Source: Candidatus Saccharimonadota bacterium
Lineage (GTDB): Bacteria > Patescibacteriota > Saccharimonadia > Saccharimonadales > Saccharimonadaceae
NCBI GenBank assembly: GCA_001029695.1
Contig: CP011211.1
Coordinates: 180,001 to 212,000 of the forward strand
Direction: 5' to 3'
DNA: 32,000 nucleotides
Shown here: positions 16,013 to 22,836 of the stretch, one piece after another
How the letters are laid out: every line of letters begins with the position of its first letter
Numbering within the stretch: position 1 is the first letter of the stretch
The notes under the pieces: model-generated
Seen by the model: only the letters and a program-made list of their open reading frames with translations
What the model was told of the DNA's origin: nothing
Databases searched by the model: none
Made by a program: the position numbers and the translations under genes

Positions 16013-16660
16013 TTACAACATATACTGCCGAGCCCAGGTATACATAATAATTCCAGAGGCAACACCGACATTCACCGACCTTGTACTGCCGAACTGCTCA
16101 ATCGCTATCATCTTCTCACTCATAGCGATCATTTCCTGCGATAATCCAGGTCCCTCACCTCCAAAAACAAAGACGACGTTCTTTGGTAGCTGAGTACTTG
16201 CGAGCGGCACACTTCCCACAATATTATCGATAGCAATGACACTACGTCCATGGACCGCCTCTATAAAATCGTTTATCGTTTCGTGATGGTAGACAGATAG
16301 GTACTTCTCCGTCGCCATAGCACCACGCCGATTCCAGTGGCGTTTACCTATGATATGAACAGCCTCCGCGTTAAACGCGTTTGCATTTCGAACGATTGTC
16401 CCGATATTCATATCATGCTGCCAGTTTTCGATCGCAATATGCATAGACCCACTGCGAGACGCAAGCTCTTCCTTAATTGCTTCGACAGACCAATACCTAT
16501 ACTGATCGAGAACATTCCTACGGTCACCCTCAGCTAAGAGAGCTTTGTCGTACTTGTCATCTTCAGGCCACGGCAACGGGTGTGGACCAACACCTACTTT
16601 ATCTTTTTGTATGTTCATACTACTGCTTTCAAGTATAACAGGCTCCTTAGAGCTAGCCAT
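16013..16660 (-). CDS. SpoU/TrmH-family RNA 2'-O-methyltransferase
   Basis: SPOUT motifs NIGTIVRNANAF, FGGEGPGLS and RSVNVGVASGIIMY are present. The start is ATG 16660 or GTG 16666. Confidence 0.85.
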   Translation of the reverse strand: MASSKEPVILESSSMNIQKDKVGVGPHPLPWPEDDKYDKALLAEGDRRNVLDQYRYWSVEAIKEELASRSGSMHIAIENWQHDMNIGTIVRNANAFNAEAVHIIGKRHWNRRGAMATEKYLSVYHHETINDFIEAVHGRSVIAIDNIVGSVPLASTQLPKNVVFVFGGEGPGLSQEMIAMSEKMIAIEQFGSTRSVNVGVASGIIMYTWARQYML

Positions 16661-16723
16661 CGACACACCAGCACCACCAGTGGTATACTTTGCTTATTAA
16701 CGCGTATATAAAGGAGTTGTCGT

Positions 16724-17611
16724 ATGACCTCGAAACAACCAGTTCCTCCAAAGAAATCTACAAAAATAGCGTACGAAAATAATCCGTTCACTATTGCAAC
16801 AAATGGCATATCGGCACTATTTAATCTCGCAAAAGGCGTCGCCATCTTTTTGATTGTCATCTCAATCCTAGGAGCATTTTCTGGCACCTCGTCACAATCG
16901 AACACCGCCGTTGCTCCATCATCAGATAGTTCACAAACGAATTCTAAAGAAGAGCTTCAAAAGGCAGCAGACAAAGTAATCAGCGACATCAATGCAGAGC
17001 TTGCGAAGATTTCAACTGAAGAGTGGATCCTCTTTGGCGCAATGGCTTTTGTTATCGTACTTGCTGCGATTCTATTTGGATCACTCCTACAGGGAGTAGG
17101 CGCATACACTGCCGCTCGAGTCAGCCGAGGCCATAAAGTAGCACTCAAAGAAGCGTTCCGTGAGACCCTCAACCACATATGGCCATTTGTCTGGCTCAAT
17201 ATCATCATTGGTGTCAAAACGTTACTATGGACTCTTCTGTTTATCATCCCAGGATTTATCATGTCAGTTCGATACTCACTCGCTAAGGTTGCATTCTTTG
17301 ACGAGAAAAAGCCACTTCGTGGAAATGCCGCAGTAAAAGAAAGTCTTGCACTCACCAAGGGCGCGTGGCTCACAACTTTTGCCTCACAAGTGCTATTTAG
17401 TATCATCACGCTCGGTATGCTTAGTCGACTTGTCGAGACTGCCGCTCAGTCAGTTCTATACCGTCAACTCGGCGAGCTCACACGCAACAACGAGCCAAAG
17501 CCAGCAGCTCATCCACTCTCATGGTTTACATTATTCTTGCCTTTTCTTCTATTCGTACTCCTTATCGGCTTCGTTATTATCGTCGCACTCGCAGCGATCG
17601 CCCTGTCGTAA
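16724..17611 (+). CDS. Hypothetical polytopic membrane protein (295 aa)
   Basis: AAGGAG lies 7 nt before the ATG. There are multiple hydrophobic segments. Family not recognised with confidence. Confidence 0.75.
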   Translation: MTSKQPVPPKKSTKIAYENNPFTIATNGISALFNLAKGVAIFLIVISILGAFSGTSSQSNTAVAPSSDSSQTNSKEELQKAADKVISDINAELAKISTEEWILFGAMAFVIVLAAILFGSLLQGVGAYTAARVSRGHKVALKEAFRETLNHIWPFVWLNIIIGVKTLLWTLLFIIPGFIMSVRYSLAKVAFFDEKKPLRGNAAVKESLALTKGAWLTTFASQVLFSIITLGMLSRLVETAAQSVLYRQLGELTRNNEPKPAAHPLSWFTLFLPFLLFVLLIGFVIIVALAAIALS

Positions 17612-17676
17612 TATCACCACCGAAAAAATAGCGCAGTTGTCGAATCATAGATACCGAGTCATGGTATCATGAAAGC

Positions 17677-18420
17677 ATGAGCGCTATTTTTGATTCAAGA
17701 AAAAAAGGTTTTACAATCGTCGAATTGCTAATTGTCATTGCTGTCATCGGCATACTCGCTGCCATCACTATGGTTGCGTACAGCTCCGTTCAAAACAATG
17801 CAAAATCAAAGGATATACTATCGACTGCCGCACAATGGGAAGCCCTCATACGGCTACAGTACTCGGAGACAGGCAAAATTCCTCTCTCAGACAGAGAGAC
17901 TACAGGCACCGATCTAATTCCAACATGCCTCGGGAGGCCAACAGACTTCCCAGCTACAAGTGACTTCCAAGAGAAACAGTGCATTACCGCCTATACAGAC
18001 GGCCATGTAGGCGTAGAATATTCCCAAAGTATTATGGATCAATTTTCCACAATCAATAATTCTAATATGCCAAAGACACCGCCCTACTCTACCGTGACTG
18101 GCCGTGGGAATGGCCGAGGGATCGGTTATTCAGCACAAAAAGGCTGGGAAGCCGGAGTTGGTGAGACCGATGAAGTTCATGTACGACTCTACTGGTTAAA
18201 CCCGTCCAAAGGCAGCTGCGGCACGGGTGACGGAGAGGATCGAAGCGTGAGCGAAGAAGAGAAAACTATGATGCGAGATGCTATTGTCGAGATGCAAGCC
18301 GCGCTCGATGACCCATCGATGCCCGAGGAAGATCGCGCAAGCTACCAAGCGAGCATTAGTTACCTTAACTGGATCCTGAACGGAAAAGATGAACTCTGTA
18401 CGCTAAAATTTACCCTCTAA
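17677..18420 (+). CDS. Type IV pilin-like protein (prepilin-type N-terminal cleavage/methylation domain)
   Basis: N-terminus MSAIFDSRKKG|FTIVELLIVIAVIGILAAI has the class III signal, with Gly at -1, Phe at +1 and Glu at +5. The C-terminal globular part contains 4 Cys. Confidence 0.85.
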   Translation: MSAIFDSRKKGFTIVELLIVIAVIGILAAITMVAYSSVQNNAKSKDILSTAAQWEALIRLQYSETGKIPLSDRETTGTDLIPTCLGRPTDFPATSDFQEKQCITAYTDGHVGVEYSQSIMDQFSTINNSNMPKTPPYSTVTGRGNGRGIGYSAQKGWEAGVGETDEVHVRLYWLNPSKGSCGTGDGEDRSVSEEEKTMMRDAIVEMQAALDDPSMPEEDRASYQASISYLNWILNGKDELCTLKFTL

Positions 18421-18451
18421 GGCTACAGGACTACTTAGCGAATACGCAGTA

Positions 18452-18480
18452 TTGCACAGCGTGAAGCGCTCAATTATACT
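18452..18480 (+). promoter_or_regulatory. Promoter TTGCAC-17 nt-TATACT of tRNA-Leu(CAG)
   Basis: -35 is at 18452..18457 and -10 at 18475..18480, 10 nt upstream of the mature tRNA 5' end. Confidence 0.6.
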
Positions 18481-18490
18481 AATATCGTAT

Positions 18491-18577
18491 GCGCGAGTGG
18501 CGGAATTGGTAGACGCGCTAGCTTCAGGTGCTAGTGCCCCTCGGGGCGTGGAGGTTCAAGTCCTCTCTCGCGTACCA
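18491..18577 (+). tRNA. tRNA-Leu (anticodon CAG), CCA encoded
   Basis: Folds as a cloverleaf by eye: acceptor GCGCGAG, D-arm GGAATTGGTAGA, anticodon stem CTAGC/GCTAG with loop TTCAGGT, long variable arm, T-arm GGAGGTTCAAGTCCTCT, and 3' ACCA. Confidence 0.95.
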
Positions 18578-18617
18578 AAATAAATAGCAGGCTGTATGGT
18601 CTGCTATTTATTTTGGT
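18574..18617 (+). terminator. Perfect 17-bp terminator stem that includes the tRNA ACCA end
   Basis: ACCAAAATAAATAGCAG (18574..18590), a 10-nt loop, then CTGCTATTTATTTTGGT (18601..18617). Confidence 0.8.
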
Positions 18618-18664
18618 CTTTTGCGGTGCAGTTTATTGGTTGATCCGCTATACTAGCTTCTACT

Positions 18665-19351
18665 ATGAAGCTTACAACACTCAATCTACAAGGATTTACC
18701 AACTGGAAACAGCGGCAATCAAAGATCCTTGATTATCTACGTGATACAAAACCAGATATCATACTATTTCAAGAGGTTGTTTTTCTTCCAGAGATATCTC
18801 CATACAGCCAAGTTCAGCTGCTTAACCAGGAACTAGAATACCCTTACGAGCATAGCTCGATCACTCGACTGCAAGTTGGAGTTGACTATGCTACCTTTCG
18901 AGAAGGGCTTTCAGCGCTTAGTACTTTTCCCGTTGTATCCTCAGATACAATCATTCTCAAAAAAGCACCTGGGGATGAGCACAATAGAATTATTCAACTC
19001 ATCGATGTACGCAAAAATAATCAAATTATAAAAATTGCGAACGTGCATTTTTCACTATCAGACACTACCGACTACGCCACTACTCATCTCGTAGAAACAC
19101 TTGAAATCCTCAATGCACGCAAAGAGGTTCGTATCATTGCCGGTGATTTTAACTTAGAAAACCTAGAGAAGACATCAGCGCTCTGGCGCGATACATACAT
19201 CGCATCGACCCACATTCCGTACCTATCTCAGCCGAGCTTAGGTAAATGTATCGACTATGTGCTGATTCCGAAAGCATATAGGCTCGAAACTCTCGAAGTA
19301 TCGAACGACGAGCTTTCAGACCACCGAGCAGTAACCGTTACGGTACTTTGA
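18665..19351 (+). CDS. Endonuclease/exonuclease/phosphatase (EEP) family protein
   Basis: EEP motifs are present: TLNLQG, DIILFQEV, GDFN, and SDHRAV near the C-terminus. Confidence 0.85.
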   Translation: MKLTTLNLQGFTNWKQRQSKILDYLRDTKPDIILFQEVVFLPEISPYSQVQLLNQELEYPYEHSSITRLQVGVDYATFREGLSALSTFPVVSSDTIILKKAPGDEHNRIIQLIDVRKNNQIIKIANVHFSLSDTTDYATTHLVETLEILNARKEVRIIAGDFNLENLEKTSALWRDTYIASTHIPYLSQPSLGKCIDYVLIPKAYRLETLEVSNDELSDHRAVTVTVL

Positions 19352-19355
19352 TCAA

Positions 19356-20996
19356 TTAATTGAAGTAAGCTTTGCCGGCAAAGTCAGCGGTATCAAAATC
19401 AGTCCGCAGCTGCGAGACAAGCTGCTTTAGGTCGGCAGACTGCTTGACTCCTGGATTAAGCGTACCGAGTGGATCAAAGATTGTCCGTATAGCAGAAAAT
19501 AGCTCAGCAACATCTGCATCATATTGCTTTGCTGCAAATGAAGCCTTGAGACGCCCCTCTCCAGCCTCACCGATAATATGTCCACCGTGCGCAGAAACAA
19601 GCGTCGTGTACTCATCAAGGAGTTTGAAGATTTTCTGCTTATCACCAACTTTGCGAAGATGCAGTATGGGTCGTGCATAAAAAATACTCTCAAGCCCATG
19701 ACCATACAGCGGCATCTCAATCCCATGCTTTTTAGCTAAGGCATCTACAGCGGACGCAAAATCCTCAAAACGCTGGAAAGGAATATACGCACCATCAATA
19801 ATAGCGGGCGCAGAAGCCTCCTTTTCGTCAGGGAGCAGTGCAAGCGCGCTCACTTCACGAAGCGCAAGAAGCGTCTGCGCTTCATCGTGATCCTCTTCTA
19901 TTTCTAGAGCTACGACCTTATCTTTGAATAGTTTTGTCACCTTTTTTGCTTTTTTACGACGAGCACGTTCACTAAATTCGTCAAACGCGAAAATAACAAC
20001 CGCACCGACATCACCCTGCTCTAGGGCCTGGTCATAAAAAGCATATTTTTTCCCACGCTCAAGTGCCGAAGCAAATAGTCGCGCATCAATCACTTCGAGT
20101 ATACTTGGCTCAAGATCAAAGAGTGTATCCACTGCATCCCGCGCGCCATCATAGCTATGGAATGCCGCAGCTCCAACCATAACCTGTGAGTTACAAAACT
20201 CGCTCTTCATAATTACCTCAGAGATGACACCTAATGTCCCCTGACTACCAACAAAGAGTGGCGTAAGATCCATAGAGCCATCTTTTCTCTTCACATCAGC
20301 GATTCCGCCATATCCACTATTGTCACGCACGTCACTAGCAATCGTACCCTCAATAAGCTCTTGGCTGTCAGTAACTAAACTGTCAATACCTCTGTATATC
20401 TCACCTTCAAACGTCTGAAGACCTTTTTTGCGATTAAGCTCTCGCTTGCTGATGCGACCTGTCTGAAGCACATCTCCACTTGCAAGCACTACCTCAAGCT
20501 GGCTCACCCAAGCTTTTGTGTCGCCATACTTACCCGAAAGAATGCCGCTTGCATTGTTTGCAATTGCACCGCCGACGGTACTGTAGTTGCCTGAAGCTGG
20601 ATATGAAGGGATATGAAGCCCGTGGAGGAGCAATGCGCTATTTAGCGCACCAAATGTCACGCCTGGCTGTAGCCGAATAAGTTTTTGCTTAGTGTCGAGC
20701 TCAAAGATAGAAGTAAGATGCGCTGTCGTGTTTACGATTACGCCAGATCCGATAGCTGCACCAGTTTGATCAGTGCCACCCCCTCGCGGAGTTATAGCTA
20801 ACACATGACCTTTTTCGGCAAGCTGCCATGAAAAACGTGCGATCTTACGAATATCATTGGTTGAACGCGGGTACACCACCATTTCAGGTGTCATCGAAAG
20901 TACACTCGCATCGTGCGAAAATGCTTTTAGCACAGCACTATTCGTTATCACCTCACCAGCGATATGTTCGTTTAGATAATTAGCAACCTTGCTCAT
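19356..20996 (-). CDS. FAD-binding oxidoreductase (GlcD / D-lactate dehydrogenase-like, PCMH-type FAD domain)
   Basis: The N-terminal FAD_binding_4-like region is present (VVYPRSTNDIRKI..., PRGGGTDQTG). At 546 aa it is compatible with the FAD-linked oxidase family. Confidence 0.85.
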   Translation of the reverse strand: MSKVANYLNEHIAGEVITNSAVLKAFSHDASVLSMTPEMVVYPRSTNDIRKIARFSWQLAEKGHVLAITPRGGGTDQTGAAIGSGVIVNTTAHLTSIFELDTKQKLIRLQPGVTFGALNSALLLHGLHIPSYPASGNYSTVGGAIANNASGILSGKYGDTKAWVSQLEVVLASGDVLQTGRISKRELNRKKGLQTFEGEIYRGIDSLVTDSQELIEGTIASDVRDNSGYGGIADVKRKDGSMDLTPLFVGSQGTLGVISEVIMKSEFCNSQVMVGAAAFHSYDGARDAVDTLFDLEPSILEVIDARLFASALERGKKYAFYDQALEQGDVGAVVIFAFDEFSERARRKKAKKVTKLFKDKVVALEIEEDHDEAQTLLALREVSALALLPDEKEASAPAIIDGAYIPFQRFEDFASAVDALAKKHGIEMPLYGHGLESIFYARPILHLRKVGDKQKIFKLLDEYTTLVSAHGGHIIGEAGEGRLKASFAAKQYDADVAELFSAIRTIFDPLGTLNPGVKQSADLKQLVSQLRTDFDTADFAGKAYFN

Positions 20997-21109
20997 TTAT
21001 ACCCTCGTCTAACCCTATAGTTTGCAAATTTATTTACTCTTATGATACCACAAGCACCTTGATTTGTGTGCATGGCATATTGGGCCATGTATGCGGTATA
21101 CTACTACGC

Positions 21110-21682
21110 ATGAACACTCCTCGTCGATTCGTAGAAAATATACATACCACAACACTTGAAGATCATGGCTTTAGGGTATATTCAGGCTGGGATGAGGAAG
21201 TTGAGCGCCAACTCCCCGCTCTCTCTCGCCAAAAACATATCGTGCAGTCAACCGAACGAGACAGCCTGGAGCGATTCACTTCTCCGGAGGCAGCTCACCG
21301 CTGGTACGACGATCATGAGCGTCACGTATACACACTCGATACAGCTCCGAAGCTAGGAAGGAGTGCTGTCGCAGGTATAATCTGGTTTGGACGAAGTGAA
21401 CTTGCAGACTCGAGTGCTGAATATACTTTTGCCATACGACTCTACGAAGCATCGCAAGGCAAAAGACTTTCAACTAGTTTTGTCAAAGCAGCACATACCG
21501 ATTTTTATCAACAGGCACAGTACGAAGGCGACATATGGCTCCAGACAGATACCACCAATACACCCGCTCTCTCACTCTACGCAAAGACAGGCTATGAAGT
21601 AATCGATGAAACAGACGGACGGATTACTATGATAAAACCCGGCGCAGCCTCTTCTCAGAACGACAATGGTTTGATACAATAA
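21110..21682 (+). CDS. GNAT-like acetyltransferase (about 190 aa), weak call
   Basis: The C-terminal half resembles a GNAT core (RLYEASQGKRLS..., ALSLYAKTGYEV). The track start TTG 21059 is unlikely. ATG 21110 sits 7 nt after TATACT (21097..21102) with no Shine-Dalgarno. Confidence 0.6.
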   Translation: MNTPRRFVENIHTTTLEDHGFRVYSGWDEEVERQLPALSRQKHIVQSTERDSLERFTSPEAAHRWYDDHERHVYTLDTAPKLGRSAVAGIIWFGRSELADSSAEYTFAIRLYEASQGKRLSTSFVKAAHTDFYQQAQYEGDIWLQTDTTNTPALSLYAKTGYEVIDETDGRITMIKPGAASSQNDNGLIQ

Positions 21683-21717
21683 TAAAGCTGTAGTCCTAGA
21701 CTATAGGTACATTGTAA

Positions 21718-21802
21718 GCGCGAGTGGTGGAATTGGTAGACACGCTAGCCTTAGGAGCTAGTGCCTTCGGGCGTGAAGGTTCAAGTCCTTTCTCGCGTAC
21801 CA
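21718..21802 (+). tRNA. tRNA-Leu (anticodon UAG), CCA encoded
   Basis: Acceptor GCGCGAG, anticodon stem CTAGC/GCTAG with loop CTTAGGA, long variable arm, T-arm GAAGGTTCAAGTCCTTT, and 3' ACCA. Confidence 0.95.
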
Positions 21803-21841
21803 TAGAAAAAACCTGGTGTTATGCCAGGTTTTTTCTATGGT
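21799..21841 (+). terminator. Perfect 18-bp terminator stem that includes the tRNA ACCA end
   Basis: ACCATAGAAAAAACCTGG (21799..21816), a 7-nt loop, then CCAGGTTTTTTCTATGGT (21824..21841). Confidence 0.8.
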
Positions 21842-21850
21842 GAAATTATT

Positions 21851-21878
21851 TATAAAAAAGTAACTATAAAAAAGTAAC
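21851..21878. repeat. Tandem direct repeat, 2 x 14 nt (TATAAAAAAGTAAC)
   Basis: Two exact adjacent copies, read directly from the sequence. Confidence 0.9.
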
Positions 21879-21888
21879 TAATTGAAAA

Positions 21889-21961
21889 GAGCCCACCGAA
21901 AGAACTCAAGCTGCTAGTGACTCATATTGAGTACTAACGGCGAATTCTTTTCAGTGGGCTC
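21889..21961 (-). terminator. Extended stem-loop of about 73 nt after the RHH gene (probable terminator; small RNA not excluded)
   Basis: The outer arms GAGCCCACCGAAAGAA and TTCTTTTCAGTGGGCTC are imperfect. The apical near-palindrome TAGTGACTCATATTGAGTACTA lies at 21915..21936. TTTTCAAT follows on the minus strand. The right arm overlaps the stop codon. Confidence 0.5.
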
Positions 21962-22187
21962 AGCGACTAATATCTCCATCAGGAAAGTATGGGATATTGA
22001 AAACTTCACCCGTCTCGGTATCGACAAGCAAGATCTCTCGTTGAGCTTCTTGCATATTATCGAAAAACTTCAGCCAGGCAATCGGTCGCGTTATCACTTG
22101 TGCTGTGTCTATGTTTCGCTTTCGCGCGATCTCATTCACAGCTTCATCTACCTCTTCATGTAAATTGACACTCAATATCACACTCAT
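21960..22187 (-). CDS. Small ribbon-helix-helix (CopG/Arc-like) DNA-binding protein, 75 aa
   Basis: AAGGAGGGTGTT precedes ATG 22187. The N-terminus MSVILSVNLHEEVDEAVNEIARKRNIDTAQVITRPIAWL fits a strand-helix-helix pattern. The track start at 22223 is probably over-extended. Confidence 0.6.
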   Translation of the reverse strand: MSVILSVNLHEEVDEAVNEIARKRNIDTAQVITRPIAWLKFFDNMQEAQREILLVDTETGEVFNIPYFPDGDISR

Positions 22188-22239
22188 AACACCCTCCTTG
22201 TTAGTAGATGCTAGATTTGTCAAACAGCAAGCTGAGAAG

Positions 22240-22268
22240 ATAATACCCCGTATCTAACTCCTTGTCAA
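22240..22268 (-). promoter_or_regulatory. Promoter TTGACA-17 nt-TATTAT of the RHH gene
   Basis: A perfect -35 is at 22268..22263, the spacer is 17 nt, and -10 is at 22245..22240. Confidence 0.6.
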
Positions 22269-22290
22269 AAAAAGACGCCTCTTAGGCGCC
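22267..22290 (-). terminator. Terminator of the tyrS-to-rsmD operon
   Basis: On the minus strand, GGCGCC-UAAGA-GGCGUC is followed by seven U. The rsmD TAA stop lies in the loop. Confidence 0.7.
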
Positions 22291-22836
22291 ATAATCATCT
22301 CGGCGGTAGAAAATGAGAGTCGCATCTCCATAACTACGATTGTCCACCACAACAACTCCGGGTACGGTCAGACTCTCACTTCTACCTGGTTGTGATAATA
22401 CCATAAGCGCACTGGGTTTTAAAAGCCCAAAAAGTCGCTCAACTGTGGATAACTGCATATCTCCATAGGGTGGATCAGCGAAAATAATATCGTATTTTAC
22501 ATCGGTCGTCGTGTCGAGCCATGCGTTCAAATTCGTTCGAATCAATTTTGTTTTTTCTTCGAGTTTTAGCATGGTCAAATTCTTTGCAATCGTCTGCTGA
22601 GCCGCTCGATCACGCTCGATAAATGTCGCACTTCTTGCGCCCCGACTCATCGCTTCGATACCAAGCGCACCTGTTCCAGCAAAAGCATCAAGCACATCAG
22701 CACCGCCAAGCTCAGGAGCGATTTTGTTGAACAACGACGTACGGATACGATCACCCATAGGGTGCGTCTTGTCAGTATCTGGCGTTTCGATCTTGCGACT
22801 ACCAAATTCACCAGAAGTAATACGGATAGTACTCAC
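22282..22836 (-). CDS. rsmD: 16S rRNA (guanine966-N2)-methyltransferase RsmD-like
   Basis: IRITSGEFGSRKI, DAFAGTGALGIEAMSRGA and FADPPY motifs are present. The likely GTG start at 22836 overlaps the upstream TAG (TAGTG). The track start ATG 22893 would add an atypical 19-aa extension that overlaps the upstream gene. Confidence 0.82.
   Translation of the reverse strand: MSTIRITSGEFGSRKIETPDTDKTHPMGDRIRTSLFNKIAPELGGADVLDAFAGTGALGIEAMSRGARSATFIERDRAAQQTIAKNLTMLKLEEKTKLIRTNLNAWLDTTTDVKYDIIFADPPYGDMQLSTVERLFGLLKPSALMVLSQPGRSESLTVPGVVVVDNRSYGDATLIFYRRDDYGA

Noticed and set aside
16615-17672. ORFs 16615..16905 (-), 16957..17409 (-) and 17346..17672 (+) overlapping the 295-aa membrane protein gene
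   Set aside because: They are antisense or out of frame relative to an ORF with a good Shine-Dalgarno and coherent TM topology. They have no independent signals.
19352-19363. Perfect palindrome TCAATTAATTGA between the EEP and oxidase genes
   Set aside because: It arises from two convergent stop codons (TGA and TAA) placed back to back. It is AT-only and too short to form a terminator.
18491-21802. The two similar tRNA-Leu genes as duplicated att sites flanking an integrated island
   Set aside because: They are full-length isoacceptors with different anticodons (CAG and UAG), not a tRNA plus a partial 3' repeat. There is no integrase or recombinase between them.
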